From: an uncultured Candidatus Saccharibacteria bacterium | Lineage (GTDB): Bacteria > Patescibacteriota > Minisyncoccia > Phycocordibacterales > UBA918 | Reading direction: 5' to 3' | Assembly (NCBI GenBank): GCA_964643955.1 | Contig: CAZXUO010000001.1 | Location: forward strand, 14,314-78,313 | DNA: 64,000 nucleotides | Shown here: positions 18,347-28,807 of the stretch, one piece after another | Numbering within the stretch: position 1 is the stretch's first letter | Layout of the letters: each line of letters opens with the position of its first letter | Program-made: the position numbers and the translations under genes | Notes under the pieces: model-generated | Told to the model about the DNA's origin: nothing | Seen by the model: only the letters and a program-made list of their open reading frames with translations | Database searches by the model: none

Positions 18347-20044
18347 CTATTTGGAAGATTTTGCGCCCTGCTTCTCAAGGGGTAGATAAATAGTGAATGT
18401 AGAGCCTTTCCCCTCACCTTCAGATTCGGCCTTGATCGATCCGCCCATCTTTTCAGCCATTTCTTTTGCGACATAGAGGCCGAGTCCGGAGCCGATCACA
18501 TTGACGCTGTTTGCATTTTTGGCACGTGCAAATTTATGGAAGATCTCATGAAGTGTTTCAGGAGCCATGCCGATACCAGTATCTTTGATGACAATCTCGA
18601 CATGCTCTTTGGTCTTCTCTTCATTGAGTATTACGGCGATACTGCCTTTCGGTGTGTACTTGGTGGCGTTGTCGATGAGGTTTTGAATGATCTGGCGTAC
18701 TTTTCCAGCGTCCGCGTGCACGGTGCAAATTCCTTTAATATTTGAAACAAAAGTGAAGTCGAGTTGCTTTTCGGTTACGGCAGGTTTGATATCTTCGTAG
18801 ACAGTCTTCACCATATCGCAGATATCGAAATCACTCGGTGCATACTTCATAGTCCCGCTCTCGATGCGCGACACATTGAGGAAGTCTTCGACGGTGAGTG
18901 CCATATAGCGGCTCGATGTTTGGATACGCGAGATGATGTCCGTGACTTTCTTGCCGAGCTTGCCGTATGAGCCTTCCAGGATCATCGAGGTATATCCGCG
19001 GATAGAGGTCAGCGGGCTGCGGAGCTGGTGCGATGCTATCGACACAAACTCAGATTTCAGCTGATCGAGCTTCCTCAAACGCGCATTCGCCTTCGCCAAA
19101 TCTTTTGCAAGTTTTTCAATTTGCTCGCGTTGTCGGATTTCACGACGTACGCTTTGGACAAGCAAAAGTCCGAGGAAACATACCAGAATCGAAGTTGCTA
19201 CGATGATCGTACGTATACTTTCGAGGTTGGTTGCGAGGAGCGTAGAAAAAATAAGTATGATAATACCGATTACGAGTGCTTCTGTCGCAAATATCTTTGC
19301 ATTGACACTCCGATATTGAATAATGAGGTATGTGAGCAGGCCTGCAAAAATTGGAATGACGAAGAGTCCGTACTGCCCTACCTCCCAGTCATCTGCAAGG
19401 GTGCCGATGATATTGCCAAATGAAAATGAGAATAGGAATGCAAGTACGGCAAAGCTGCCGAGGAAAATCTCTGTCCTCCTTCCTTCAGCTTTATTTTTGA
19501 AGAAATGGATGACTGAAATGATAAGAATCCAGAAAGCAATAAATAATTCAAAGGCATATACATATATAAGGAGCGGTCCCTCGGTCGCCTCTCGATCGCA
19601 GTTTGTATAATCGAAGCCAACAAGATTTAAATTGGTATGGGCGAAGAAAATTATTGGCAAGTATAAGACAAGAAGAAGCAATTCCTTTTTCCAACCAAGT
19701 CCCACACGTGCAACAAAGTGATAGGCGAAATAAAGGGCACCGATGTAGACCAGCAATTCAAAGTGGATAATGTTTGACCAAAAGAACATTGTGTAGGGTG
19801 GATATGCTGTAGACCAGAGAATAAGATCAGAGATACTCCACGCGGTGAAAGAAAAACTTATGAATGCAAGTGATTGTACGACTGGATCGCGCCAATTCTG
19901 CCACAGAAGTGCAGCAGCAAGGCATAAAAGTGCTAGGACAGGCAAAAGATGCGAGTAATAGATAAAATCACCGAAGACGTTATCGGAAAATATGAAAAGA
20001 GTCGACGTTGTGTCCCACTGACAGATTTGTGGATCTAAATACAT
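18347..20044 (-). CDS. Sensor histidine kinase with multi-pass (HisKA_7TM-like) N-terminus
   Basis: Many TM helices; H-box ASHQLRSPLT, NLIDNATKY, DTGIG, GSGLGL. Confidence 0.92.
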   Translation of the reverse strand: MYLDPQICQWDTTSTLFIFSDNVFGDFIYYSHLLPVLALLCLAAALLWQNWRDPVVQSLAFISFSFTAWSISDLILWSTAYPPYTMFFWSNIIHFELLVYIGALYFAYHFVARVGLGWKKELLLLVLYLPIIFFAHTNLNLVGFDYTNCDREATEGPLLIYVYAFELFIAFWILIISVIHFFKNKAEGRRTEIFLGSFAVLAFLFSFSFGNIIGTLADDWEVGQYGLFVIPIFAGLLTYLIIQYRSVNAKIFATEALVIGIIILIFSTLLATNLESIRTIIVATSILVCFLGLLLVQSVRREIRQREQIEKLAKDLAKANARLRKLDQLKSEFVSIASHQLRSPLTSIRGYTSMILEGSYGKLGKKVTDIISRIQTSSRYMALTVEDFLNVSRIESGTMKYAPSDFDICDMVKTVYEDIKPAVTEKQLDFTFVSNIKGICTVHADAGKVRQIIQNLIDNATKYTPKGSIAVILNEEKTKEHVEIVIKDTGIGMAPETLHEIFHKFARAKNANSVNVIGSGLGLYVAKEMAEKMGGSIKAESEGEGKGSTFTIYLPLEKQGAKSSK

Positions 20045-20183
20045 ATTTATTCCTCTATAATGGGCATTCCGTCTGGGTTTGTGATTATTTCAAAATCTCC
20101 AAGTATGATTTTGGAATAATACACAGTTGCTATTGAGAGGAGAATGCAGCATGCCAGAATCAGTCTGATGAGACGAGAAGCTA

Positions 20184-20657
20184 TCATACCTTAGTCTTTA
20201 AGTAGAGTTTTTTGAAATACGTAGAAACGTACGGAAGGTATTCTTCAAAGCGACGCTTTGGGAGCGATTGTATTGATCGTACGATACCTCTGCATTTTTT
20301 TGACCCACAAAGACATTTCATCTCCCACTGAGGATCGCCTTCGATTGTGGAATAGTCGATAGTAATTTCGTCCCCCTGCTTCAAATCCTTTAGTGCTACG
20401 AGCGTAACGCGACCTCTAATCCCTGTTGTGGGATCACAGGAGTGATTAAGGAATTTGTATGGCTTTTTAGGGTCAATCCATTGATTTGCAGCAACGCCAA
20501 TCCAGTCTGGATTGGCGAGTGCGTCAGCTTTGTTTTTGTTGACCTTAAACTTCATCTTTCCCTTCACATAAAAAATGAAGTCACCTTTTTTAACATCTTC
20601 ACCAATGCGTATTCCCAAGCCGTGTATCTTGCTCTTGCAGGTATATATTTGTTTCAC
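20184..20657 (-). CDS. SET domain protein-lysine methyltransferase with post-SET
   Basis: SKIHGLG, FLNHSCDP, EITIDY, CLCGSKKCRG. Confidence 0.9.
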   Translation of the reverse strand: MKQIYTCKSKIHGLGIRIGEDVKKGDFIFYVKGKMKFKVNKNKADALANPDWIGVAANQWIDPKKPYKFLNHSCDPTTGIRGRVTLVALKDLKQGDEITIDYSTIEGDPQWEMKCLCGSKKCRGIVRSIQSLPKRRFEEYLPYVSTYFKKLYLKTKV

Positions 20658-20684
20658 ATTTTAAATATAGCACTTAAGAAATAG

Positions 20685-21362
20685 CTAACTCGATCTTTTC
20701 AACATGATTTTTGTTGCTATAAAATTTCGGACTTGCTTAAAACAGAGCAGCAAAACGACTATGTGTAAGAAAAGATAATAGATTGGATAGAACAATTTAT
20801 ACGCAATATCTAATCCACCTTCGATAAGCACGGCACCCGTCATGCAAATGTATGCAAATACCCACAATGCCCACGGCGTAGCACGCTCCTCCCCTGTTTG
20901 GTATGTCGTTTTCCAAATCGGAATAAAAGAGATAATTGACGTGCTGACCGCAAGGATATTTGCAAAAGCTGCAGCGTGAGAATAAATCCAAATAAGAAGA
21001 GCGGATATGTCGAATCCTGTGAGGTAGTAGTCACCCTTTTCTGGTGCGTGGTAGCAGATTCTTTTTCCCTCCTTTGCAAGTCGATTTTTGATTTGGAGAA
21101 AGATTGTTGCACTTAAAATTATCGTCAGTCCGATGACGCATGCAAGCGGAAGTGCAGAAGTCGACCAATGACTTTCTCCAAGTGCATCGTAGGTAATGTA
21201 TTCGACCCATCCGCCGATAAGCCACATGAACCAACTTGCAGCATTTGGGCGGATATCTTCTTTGAATATGTAGTAGGTATAAATTAGATACGCAGAAATA
21301 TGGGAAATAAATGCAAGTATACCGAGTGTCTCAGCGACACCAATTTCTAGTAAAAAATCCAT
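20685..21362 (-). CDS. Multi-pass membrane protein of unknown function (possible PQ-loop-like internal duplication)
   Basis: About 6-7 hydrophobic segments; RPNAASWFMW and EERATPWALW look like repeated halves. Confidence 0.7.
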   Translation of the reverse strand: MDFLLEIGVAETLGILAFISHISAYLIYTYYIFKEDIRPNAASWFMWLIGGWVEYITYDALGESHWSTSALPLACVIGLTIILSATIFLQIKNRLAKEGKRICYHAPEKGDYYLTGFDISALLIWIYSHAAAFANILAVSTSIISFIPIWKTTYQTGEERATPWALWVFAYICMTGAVLIEGGLDIAYKLFYPIYYLFLHIVVLLLCFKQVRNFIATKIMLKRSS

Positions 21363-21368
21363 GGGAGT

Positions 21369-21857
21369 TTAGATAATAAACAAACCGGCGAGGGGGATCA
21401 TGAGGAGCCAGAAGAAGTATTGAGGTGGCGCAAAGAGTGACGAGATAGTCGCACCAGGGTCTACGATCGTAGTGATCGGAAGGACGTGGTAGCTGTAGGT
21501 AAGGATGAGAACGGTGCCAAGCATCGCAAGTAGAATCTTTTTTCCGATTCCCTCAAAAGCTCGTTCTTCGTACTCGTATGAGATAAGACGCTCTGCGAGA
21601 AATGCGCTCACCATGGTGAAAATTGCAAAAAGTCCGATAGTAACCATCGCTTCACTGTTCCCTTCGCGGGATGTCATATTGAAAATTGCCTCGTAGTAGG
21701 GAAACTCGAGCGAGATAAGGAGTGCGATATAAAGACCGAGGATGAGCGCGATGAGTGAGCGCTTGCCGCGCACAATGGCGTACGCAAAAAGTGCACCGAA
21801 GATACAGATGAGGACGAGAAACTCACGAGCAAACGAGAGCGCAGTGGCGATATCCAT
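21369..21857 (-). CDS. Membrane protein (weakly CvpA-like)
   Basis: About five hydrophobic segments; LILGLYIALL. Confidence 0.65.
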   Translation of the reverse strand: MDIATALSFAREFLVLICIFGALFAYAIVRGKRSLIALILGLYIALLISLEFPYYEAIFNMTSREGNSEAMVTIGLFAIFTMVSAFLAERLISYEYEERAFEGIGKKILLAMLGTVLILTYSYHVLPITTIVDPGATISSLFAPPQYFFWLLMIPLAGLFII

Positions 21858-21866
21858 TACTGGCTA

Positions 21867-22925
21867 TTATATGCCCTCTTTGCGTAGTTCTTCAATGAGC
21901 TTTTTCGCATTACGTGTGAGTTTCTGTGGGATGTCGATAACGACCTTTACAAGGAAGTCTCCACGCTTGCCACCATCCTTCACTCCTTTTTCTTTGATGC
22001 GGAGCATGTCTCCGCTTTTGATGCCGGCAGGAATCTTTACGGTGACGTTTGCATCGAGTGTTTCAACTGTGTACGAAGCACCAAGGAGTGCATCGGTGAG
22101 CTTGATCGAGAGAATACTCTTGAGGTTTGCACCATCGCGCACGATGGAAGCATGCTTTTGGACATGCACTTTGATATAGAGGTCGCCGGGTGTGCCGTTG
22201 CGCACTGCTTCGCCGCGTCCGGTCATGCGGATCATCTCGCCATTTTCAATGCCGGCCGGAATAACAATCTGAATTTCTTCTTCAAGCTTGAGGACGCCGC
22301 GGCCGCCACAATCTTTGCAGGCGACTTTTGGAATAGAGCCGCGTCCATCGCAGACGTTGCATTCGCGGACGGTCGTGAAGGTTCCGAGGATTGATTGGCG
22401 TGTCTCACGGATTTTGCCATTGCCATTGCAGGTTGCACACGAAGTCACACCAGCTTTTTTGTCGGCACCAGTACCTTCGCAGGTTGCACAGACATTGTTC
22501 TTTGTGAGAAGTACTTTGCGTGTGATACCGAAGACAGATTCTTTGAGTGAGATCTCGATGTCGATAGAAATATCACGGCCGCGCGCACGCGCAGTTGCGC
22601 CGCGTCCACCAAAGCCGCCAAACATATCACTAAATCCTTCAAAGATATCGTTGAGATCAAACTCAACACCACCGCCAGGACCTCCCGCTCCCCATCCCGG
22701 GCGCGCGCCACCCATGCCGCTGTATGAGCGTCCGTAGGTGTCGTATTCTGCGCGCTTCTTCGCATCAGAAAGTACGGCGTATGCTTCGCTGATTTCTTTG
22801 AACTTCGCTTCGTCACCGTCCTTTTTGTCAGGGTGATACTTCGAAGCAAGCTTACGAAAAGCCTTCTTTATGTCATCTGCTGATGCGTTTTTTTCGACGC
22901 CGAGAATTGCGTAATAGTCTTTCAT
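21867..22925 (-). CDS. dnaJ: Chaperone DnaJ
   Basis: [11 protein letters not shown], four CxxCxGxG repeats. Confidence 0.96.
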   Translation of the reverse strand: MKDYYAILGVEKNASADDIKKAFRKLASKYHPDKKDGDEAKFKEISEAYAVLSDAKKRAEYDTYGRSYSGMGGARPGWGAGGPGGGVEFDLNDIFEGFSDMFGGFGGRGATARARGRDISIDIEISLKESVFGITRKVLLTKNNVCATCEGTGADKKAGVTSCATCNGNGKIRETRQSILGTFTTVRECNVCDGRGSIPKVACKDCGGRGVLKLEEEIQIVIPAGIENGEMIRMTGRGEAVRNGTPGDLYIKVHVQKHASIVRDGANLKSILSIKLTDALLGASYTVETLDANVTVKIPAGIKSGDMLRIKEKGVKDGGKRGDFLVKVVIDIPQKLTRNAKKLIEELRKEGI

Positions 22926-23013
22926 ACGTGGGAGTATTTATGCCGATAAGTACATACGGCGATTGTGTGCCTCTGCATTATGCCAAAGACGGCATAGCGC
23001 GACAAGCGTGAGA

Positions 23014-24894
23014 CTATTTTTGTTCGGGAGTATCGGTGTCGACGTCTGCGTCACGTACGTTTTCGTCGGTCTTTCCGTCAGGATTACTTGAAGGAGCGCT
23101 CTGCATTGCTTCGCCAATCTTTTGCATTTCGGTCGAGAGCGCAGTGGTCGCAGCGACGATCGCGTCGGTGTCGTCCTTCCCTTTTGCATCTTCAGCGTCC
23201 TTGATCTTTGCTTCGACCGCGCTTTTTACGTCGTCAGAAATCTTATCTTTGTGATCGGTCAGCGCCTTTTGTGCGGTGTAGATCATTTGATCTGCGTTGT
23301 TGCGGACTTCGATGAGCTTCTTTTTCTTTTCGTCTTCGGCGCTGTGTACTTCAGCATCTTTCTTCATGCGTTCGATATCTTCTTCGGTGAGGCCTGAAGT
23401 CGCTTCGATACGGATCGATTGTACTTTGCCCGAAGCCTTGTCTTTTGCAGTCACGCTGAGTACGCCGTTTGAGTCGACATCAAATGCAACTTCTACTTGC
23501 GGCATGCCGCGAGGAGCTGGTGGAATGCCGTCGAGGATAAAGCGACCGAGTGACTTGTTGTCAGCTGCCATTGGACGCTCGCCTTGCGTGATGTGAATCT
23601 CAACCGAGGTCTGGTTGTCTGCTGCCGTAGAAAAGACCTGCTCCTTCTTCGTCGGAATGTGCGTATTTTTCTCAATGAGTTTTGTTGCAACGCCGCCGAG
23701 TGTTTCGATACCGAGCGAAAGTGGAATCACATCAACGAGCGTGATGTCCTGAACATCACCTTGGAAAATACCAGCCTGAATCGCTGCACCTGCTGCTACC
23801 ACTTCGTCGGGGTTGATGCTCTTGTTTGGTTCTTTGCCAAAGAGTGTGCGCACCGCTTCTTGAATAGCGGGCATGCGCGTTTGGCCTCCGACGAGAATAA
23901 TCTCATCGATATCTTCTTTCTTAAATGGTGATGCTTCGAGTGCACGCTTCGTGATCTCGATTGAACGGTCGATGTACTCGCGAGCAATCTCTTCGAGCTT
24001 TGCGCGCGTGAGTTTCAAGAGAAGGTGTTTTGGACCATTTGCATCTGAAGTGATGAATGGAATGTTGATCTCGCTCTCGCCGGTGGTTGAGAGTTCGTGC
24101 TTTGCCTTTTCGGCAGCCTCGTCGAGTCGCTGGAGCGCGAGCGGGTCTTTGCCGATGTCGATGCCCTCAGTCTTCTTGAATTCAGCAATGAGCCAGCGCA
24201 CGATCCCTTGGTCGATATCGCGACCGCCCATGTGCGCGTCGCCGTCGGTTGCTTTGACTTCGATTACATCGTCGCCTACTTCAAGCACGCTCACGTCAAA
24301 TGTGCCACCGCCGAAGTCAAAGACAACAAGCTTTTCTTCTTTCTTTTTATTAAAACCGTATGCGAGCGCCGCCGCCGTCGGCTCGTTGATGATGCGCTTT
24401 ACCTCAAGGCCTGCGATCTTGCCGGCGTCTTGTGTTGCTTTGCGCTGTGCATCATTGAAGTATGCCGGTACGGTGATCACAGCTTCGGTTATTTTTTCTC
24501 CAAGTTTTGCTTCAGCATCTGCTTTCAACTTTGCGAGAATCATCGCCGAGACTTCTTCTGGTCGGTAATCTTTGTCGCCCATCTTTACCTGGACGCCATT
24601 GTCAGTTCCCTCTTTCACTTCGTACGGAACGATAGCTTTGTCGCGCTGGACTGCCTCCTCTTTGAAAGTATGACCCATGAAGCGCTTGATGCCGTAGATG
24701 GTGTTTTGCGGATTCGTGACTGCCTGACGCTTCGCAATCTGTCCTACGAGACGTTCGCCTGTCTTTGAAATAGCAACGACTGATGGCGTCGTGCGGTTGC
24801 CCTCACTGTTCTCAATGATGACCGGCTCACCTCCTTCAATGATCGCCATTGCAGAGTTTGTTGTTCCAAGATCGATACCAAGAATTTTTGCCAT
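23014..24894 (-). CDS. dnaK: Chaperone DnaK
   Basis: [25 protein letters not shown]. Confidence 0.98.
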   Translation of the reverse strand: MAKILGIDLGTTNSAMAIIEGGEPVIIENSEGNRTTPSVVAISKTGERLVGQIAKRQAVTNPQNTIYGIKRFMGHTFKEEAVQRDKAIVPYEVKEGTDNGVQVKMGDKDYRPEEVSAMILAKLKADAEAKLGEKITEAVITVPAYFNDAQRKATQDAGKIAGLEVKRIINEPTAAALAYGFNKKKEEKLVVFDFGGGTFDVSVLEVGDDVIEVKATDGDAHMGGRDIDQGIVRWLIAEFKKTEGIDIGKDPLALQRLDEAAEKAKHELSTTGESEINIPFITSDANGPKHLLLKLTRAKLEEIAREYIDRSIEITKRALEASPFKKEDIDEIILVGGQTRMPAIQEAVRTLFGKEPNKSINPDEVVAAGAAIQAGIFQGDVQDITLVDVIPLSLGIETLGGVATKLIEKNTHIPTKKEQVFSTAADNQTSVEIHITQGERPMAADNKSLGRFILDGIPPAPRGMPQVEVAFDVDSNGVLSVTAKDKASGKVQSIRIEATSGLTEEDIERMKKDAEVHSAEDEKKKKLIEVRNNADQMIYTAQKALTDHKDKISDDVKSAVEAKIKDAEDAKGKDDTDAIVAATTALSTEMQKIGEAMQSAPSSNPDGKTDENVRDADVDTDTPEQK

Positions 24895-24906
24895 AGTGTT
24901 ATTTAG

Positions 24907-25485
24907 TTAAGCATTCTCATAATTACCGACAACGACTTTCGCAGGCCGTATCAGATAGTCGCCGATTGCGTAGCCGTTTTGAAGTACATCGACGACGGTC
25001 TGGTGAAGTGCCGCATCACTGACGGGCATTTCTGACACTGCTTCGTGAAAACGTGGGTCAAAGGGCTCGTGCTTCGGTTCAATGATCGTGACGCCGTAGG
25101 ACTTGATGATACTGGTGAGCTGATTGTAGATTTGTTCAAATCCCGTGCGCCACTCGTTGCCTTCTACTTTGCTGCGGAGTGCTATGTCGAAGCTGTCACA
25201 CAGCGGAAGGATTTTTTCAACGAATGCGGCAGTCTGCCTCTCTTTGTCGCGTTCGCGTTCGCTCTCTTGTCGTTTCTTGCTGTTTAATATGTCTGCCTTG
25301 AGCCGCTGCCACCCATCGAGATACTCTTGCTTTTCTTTCTGACAGGCGGCCAATTTTTCTCGGAGCGCTTTCAGTTTGTCCTCTGCGCGCTCCTCCATGT
25401 CTATGAGTTCTTCTGCTCCCTCTTCCTGTGCCTCAAAAAGCACATCGTCATCTTCTGATTTTTTTGATGATTTTTTGTGCACCAT
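24907..25485 (-). CDS. grpE: Nucleotide exchange factor GrpE
   Basis: RLKAD..N, FDPRFHEAV, GY..LIRPAKVVV; upstream of dnaK. Confidence 0.93.
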   Translation of the reverse strand: MVHKKSSKKSEDDDVLFEAQEEGAEELIDMEERAEDKLKALREKLAACQKEKQEYLDGWQRLKADILNSKKRQESERERDKERQTAAFVEKILPLCDSFDIALRSKVEGNEWRTGFEQIYNQLTSIIKSYGVTIIEPKHEPFDPRFHEAVSEMPVSDAALHQTVVDVLQNGYAIGDYLIRPAKVVVGNYENA

Positions 25486-25496
25486 ATCGATGCAGT

Positions 25497-25525
25497 ACTA
25501 TAAATCTTTTTTTTGCTTCTGTCAA
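25497..25525 (-). promoter_or_regulatory. Sigma70 promoter of grpE-dnaK-dnaJ
   Basis: Minus strand TTGACA-17 bp-TATAGT; -35 overlaps the T tail of the rpsI terminator. Confidence 0.7.
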
Positions 25526-25554
25526 AAAATGCATCCCGTTGAGGATGCATTTTT
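25525..25554 (-). terminator. Terminator of ribosomal protein operon
   Basis: AAAAATGCATCC-loop-GGATGCATTTTT just after the rpsI stop. Confidence 0.8.
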
Positions 25555-25563
25555 GGTTGCGAA

Positions 25564-25962
25564 TTAACGCTTTGACCACTGTGGAGACTTGCGGGCCTTC
25601 TTGAGACCGAACTTGCGGCGCTCCTTGCTGCGCGGATCACGCTTCAAGAGTCCTGCGCGCTTCAAAAGTACGCGACGTGTTGCATCTTCTTTAAGAAGTG
25701 CGCGTGCAATACCGAGGCGGATTGCGTCAGCGTGTCCGCTGATACCACCTCCGTTTACGACAACGGTAACTTCATAGTTGCCAATCGTTTCGTCGGTTGC
25801 AAATACTGAAAGGACGACATGCTCGAGTGCTTGTGAATTGAAATATTCTGCGAGTGGCTTGTCGTTGACAATAACGCTGCGCTCTTTAGCGGGCGTAAGA
25901 CGAACGCGAGCTGTAGCAGTTTTGCGTCGTCCGATTCCTTCGATGTATTTTGTCGTAGCCAT
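25564..25962 (-). CDS. rpsI: 30S ribosomal protein S9
   Basis: GRRKTATARV, GGG.SG, ERRKFGLKKARKSPQWSKR. Confidence 0.97.
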   Translation of the reverse strand: MATTKYIEGIGRRKTATARVRLTPAKERSVIVNDKPLAEYFNSQALEHVVLSVFATDETIGNYEVTVVVNGGGISGHADAIRLGIARALLKEDATRRVLLKRAGLLKRDPRSKERRKFGLKKARKSPQWSKR

Positions 25963-25967
25963 AATAA

Positions 25968-26333
25968 TTATTCGGTGATTGAAAGGTTTTGCATGCGGAG
26001 CTTGTGGAGCTTGTTCTTCGGAAGCATGCCGCCGATTGTGCGGGTCAATGCTTCGCCGTATCCACGACGGTTCGCAAGATGTCCAAGCGTTTCTACACGC
26101 TGACCTCCTGGATAACCTGAGTACGTCTTGTAGACTTCGTTCTCACGCTTCTTTTCAGTGATGTCGAGAAGACGAGCGTTGACCACCTTTACTGAAATTG
26201 GGAATACCGTGTGCTTTTCAAATGCAGGTGAATTCTTTCCGAGAAGTGCTGCAGCAGCTTCCGCAGCAACAGCGCCAAGGCGCTTACCTTGTGCGTCGAT
26301 TGTATATTCTGTTTTTTGCATAGATGCTGCCAT
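25968..26333 (-). CDS. rplM: 50S ribosomal protein L13 (short form)
   Basis: IDA.GKRLG, YSGYPGG, GMLPKNKL; upstream of rpsI. Confidence 0.9.
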   Translation of the reverse strand: MAASMQKTEYTIDAQGKRLGAVAAEAAAALLGKNSPAFEKHTVFPISVKVVNARLLDITEKKRENEVYKTYSGYPGGQRVETLGHLANRRGYGEALTRTIGGMLPKNKLHKLRMQNLSITE

Positions 26334-26340
26334 ATACTCG

Positions 26341-26694
26341 TTATACCAGTTCGATTACTGCATCGCGGCGTCCTGCTGCGGTCGGTCCCATCTTGATGAT
26401 GCGTGTGTATCCGCCAGCGCGCTCGGTGTACTTTGCGGCAATCTCACCAAAAAGCTTTTTCACAACCTCACCGTTTGGCTCACCGAGGCGAGACGCAATG
26501 AGGCGGCGAGATGCTACTGAATCAGTCTTTGCACGTGTGATGAGTCGCTCAACAAACGGACGAAGCTCCTTGGCCTTGGCCTCAGTTGTCGTGATTGCTC
26601 CGTTATCGAGCAGTGACACCGCAAGACCGCGCAAGAGAGCAGTGCGCCCTCGGCGTGTTCGTGAAAGTGTGCGGTTTTTGTTGTGGTGTCGCAT
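26341..26694 (-). CDS. rplQ: 50S ribosomal protein L17
   Basis: MRH, ITTTEAKAKELRPFVERLIT, GGYTRIIK. Confidence 0.96.
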   Translation of the reverse strand: MRHHNKNRTLSRTRRGRTALLRGLAVSLLDNGAITTTEAKAKELRPFVERLITRAKTDSVASRRLIASRLGEPNGEVVKKLFGEIAAKYTERAGGYTRIIKMGPTAAGRRDAVIELV

Positions 26695-26714
26695 AACAGT
26701 GCTTCAAATCAATA

Positions 26715-27674
26715 TTATTCCTTGAGTGCAAGACCCATTCCTCCGAGTACCTCCTCGATTTCGGCGAGGCCTTTTGGACCCATACCATCGAGGGCAAGAA
26801 TATCATCTTTTTTCTTTCGAACAAGTCCGCCGATGGTTCGGATGTTTGCTTCCTCAAGCGCGTGCGCGGTGCGCGTGCTGAGATCAAGCGTCTCAATACG
26901 AGTCTTCAAAGCATCAGTATTGTCCGCAGAATCAGCAGAAACAGTGTCCTCTGCCTCGTGCATTGGCATCTCAACAGCCTTCTCCTGGAAGCCGATGATC
27001 GACTTGAGCTGGTGGATCATGATCTCGATAGACTGCTCGAGCGCCTCGCGTGGTGAGAGTGAGCCATCAGTCTCAATAAAGACGCGGAGACGGTTGTAGT
27101 CAGTACGATCACCCACGCGCATGTTCTCTACTTCGTAGTTCACGCGGCGGATTGGTGTGAATACTGCATCGAGCGCAACCGTTCCGATATCTACCTTCCC
27201 CTTCTGGTGGATGTCACGAGGGACGTAGCCGAGGCCGCGTTCAACAGTCATTTCGATCTCAATCTTTGCTCCCTTTGACGTGAGTTCAGCGATGTACTGG
27301 TCTGGATTGAGGATCGTGATCTGGCTTGGTGCATTGATAGCGCCTGCAGTGACAATTCCCTGCTCAGAGACCTTGAGTGTCATCGTGAGGGGCTCTTCAG
27401 TATGCATCGCCATACGAACACGCTTGAGGTTGAGGAGGATCGTAAGAACGTCTTCCTTCACACCGTCAATCGCTGAAAACTCATGCTGTACACCATCGAT
27501 TTTTACCTGCGTAATAGCAGCGCCGACGAGTGATGAGAGGATGATACGGCGAAGTGAATTGCCGAGCGTGTGGCCATAGCCTGGGTAGAGACCATCAATC
27601 TCATAGGTACCCGTAAAGCCCTCTTCGCTTACGACGCGAGGCTTTGACGGCAATGTTACGTTGGTTTCGAGCAT
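26715..27674 (-). CDS. rpoA: RNA polymerase subunit alpha
   Basis: GYGHTLGNSLRRIILSSL, HEFS.IDGV.ED, alpha-CTD present. Confidence 0.97.
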   Translation of the reverse strand: MLETNVTLPSKPRVVSEEGFTGTYEIDGLYPGYGHTLGNSLRRIILSSLVGAAITQVKIDGVQHEFSAIDGVKEDVLTILLNLKRVRMAMHTEEPLTMTLKVSEQGIVTAGAINAPSQITILNPDQYIAELTSKGAKIEIEMTVERGLGYVPRDIHQKGKVDIGTVALDAVFTPIRRVNYEVENMRVGDRTDYNRLRVFIETDGSLSPREALEQSIEIMIHQLKSIIGFQEKAVEMPMHEAEDTVSADSADNTDALKTRIETLDLSTRTAHALEEANIRTIGGLVRKKKDDILALDGMGPKGLAEIEEVLGGMGLALKE

Positions 27675-27704
27675 ACGAAAATATTAATTTAACAATGATA
27701 AATA

Positions 27705-28328
27705 CTATCGGCTGTAGTACTCAAACACTTGTTCCAGGTCAAACAGAAGTTCGCTCGGGTCGTATGTGGGAGCTGCAGAAACGTTGCCAGTAAGCGCTTT
27801 AGTGTCAAACTGGAGCCATGAAGGAACCTGCGCAGGAGTTGTATTTTCAGTTACGGTTGCAAAAAGTACTGACTGCTTGCTGCCGTCGCGCACTGCGATC
27901 GTCTCCTTTGGCGCAACTTGGTATGAAGGAATAGTTACCTTGCGTCCATTTACGGTGATGTGACCGTGTGAGACCATCTGGCGTGCGAGACGACGTGTCT
28001 TTGCAAGACCAAGACGATACACGACATTGTCGAGACGTGATTCGAGGCGGTGCATGAGCGCGTTTGTTGGAACATCACTCTTTTCGATTGATTCCTCAAC
28101 GTAGCGTGAAAGCTGACGCTCAGAAATACCGTATGTGTAGCGCATCTTCTGCTTCTCGAGGAGCTGCTTCTTGAAGTCGCTCATCTGACCACCACCCTTC
28201 TTACCACCGCGACCACGGGTCTTTTCCCCACCGCGTGATTCTGCGAGTGCAAATTTTTGTGTCTGACACTTTTCAAACACGGCGCCGCCGAGTCGTTTGC
28301 AGATCTTATATTTTGGTCCGATTATCAT
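27705..28328 (-). CDS. rpsD: 30S ribosomal protein S4
   Basis: QLLEKQK, LESRLDNVVYRLG, ARQMVSHGH, EYYSR. Confidence 0.97.
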   Translation of the reverse strand: MIIGPKYKICKRLGGAVFEKCQTQKFALAESRGGEKTRGRGGKKGGGQMSDFKKQLLEKQKMRYTYGISERQLSRYVEESIEKSDVPTNALMHRLESRLDNVVYRLGLAKTRRLARQMVSHGHITVNGRKVTIPSYQVAPKETIAVRDGSKQSVLFATVTENTTPAQVPSWLQFDTKALTGNVSAAPTYDPSELLFDLEQVFEYYSR

Positions 28329-28346
28329 ATGCGTAAATAAACTAGA

Positions 28347-28775
28347 TTAGACACGGCGAGCACGTGGTGCGCGCGGACCGTTGTGAGCAACGGGCGTGCG
28401 GTCACTGATGCGTGAAATATTGATACCTTTTCCGGCAAATGCGCGGAGGGCTGACTCGCGACCTGCGCCGACTCCGCGCACGACGACCGCAGCTTCCTTC
28501 ATACCCATCTGCTGAGCCTTCTCGCCGATCACTTCACCGACCTTTGCAGCAGCAAATGGTGTTGACTTACGAGAGCCTTTAAAACCAATGGCACCACTTG
28601 ACGCGCTGATGAGGGCGTTACCCTTTGCATCGGCGAGGGTAAGAATCGTGTTGTTGAAGGTTGCGAGTACGTTGAGCGTACCGATCTCCACCTTCTTTTT
28701 AGGAATACGCGCAAGAGCCCGCGTTGCGTTTTGATCTGATCCCCCACTCTTTTTGATAATTCGTTTCTTACCCAT
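28347..28775 (-). CDS. rpsK: 30S ribosomal protein S11
   Basis: TFNNTI, GFKGSRKSTPFAA, TPVAHNG. Confidence 0.97.
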   Translation of the reverse strand: MGKKRIIKKSGGSDQNATRALARIPKKKVEIGTLNVLATFNNTILTLADAKGNALISASSGAIGFKGSRKSTPFAAAKVGEVIGEKAQQMGMKEAAVVVRGVGAGRESALRAFAGKGINISRISDRTPVAHNGPRAPRARRV

Positions 28776-28807
28776 AGGTCATTAGCAAAATAATATGTAT
28801 ATACGCT

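Noticed and set aside
20160-20200. CTGATGAG resembling a hammerhead ribozyme core
   Set aside because: No stem II followed by GAAA and no flanking stems found.
23584-24768. Long + strand ORFs antisense to dnaK
   Set aside because: Well-known shadow ORFs opposite hsp70 genes; dnaK explains the region.
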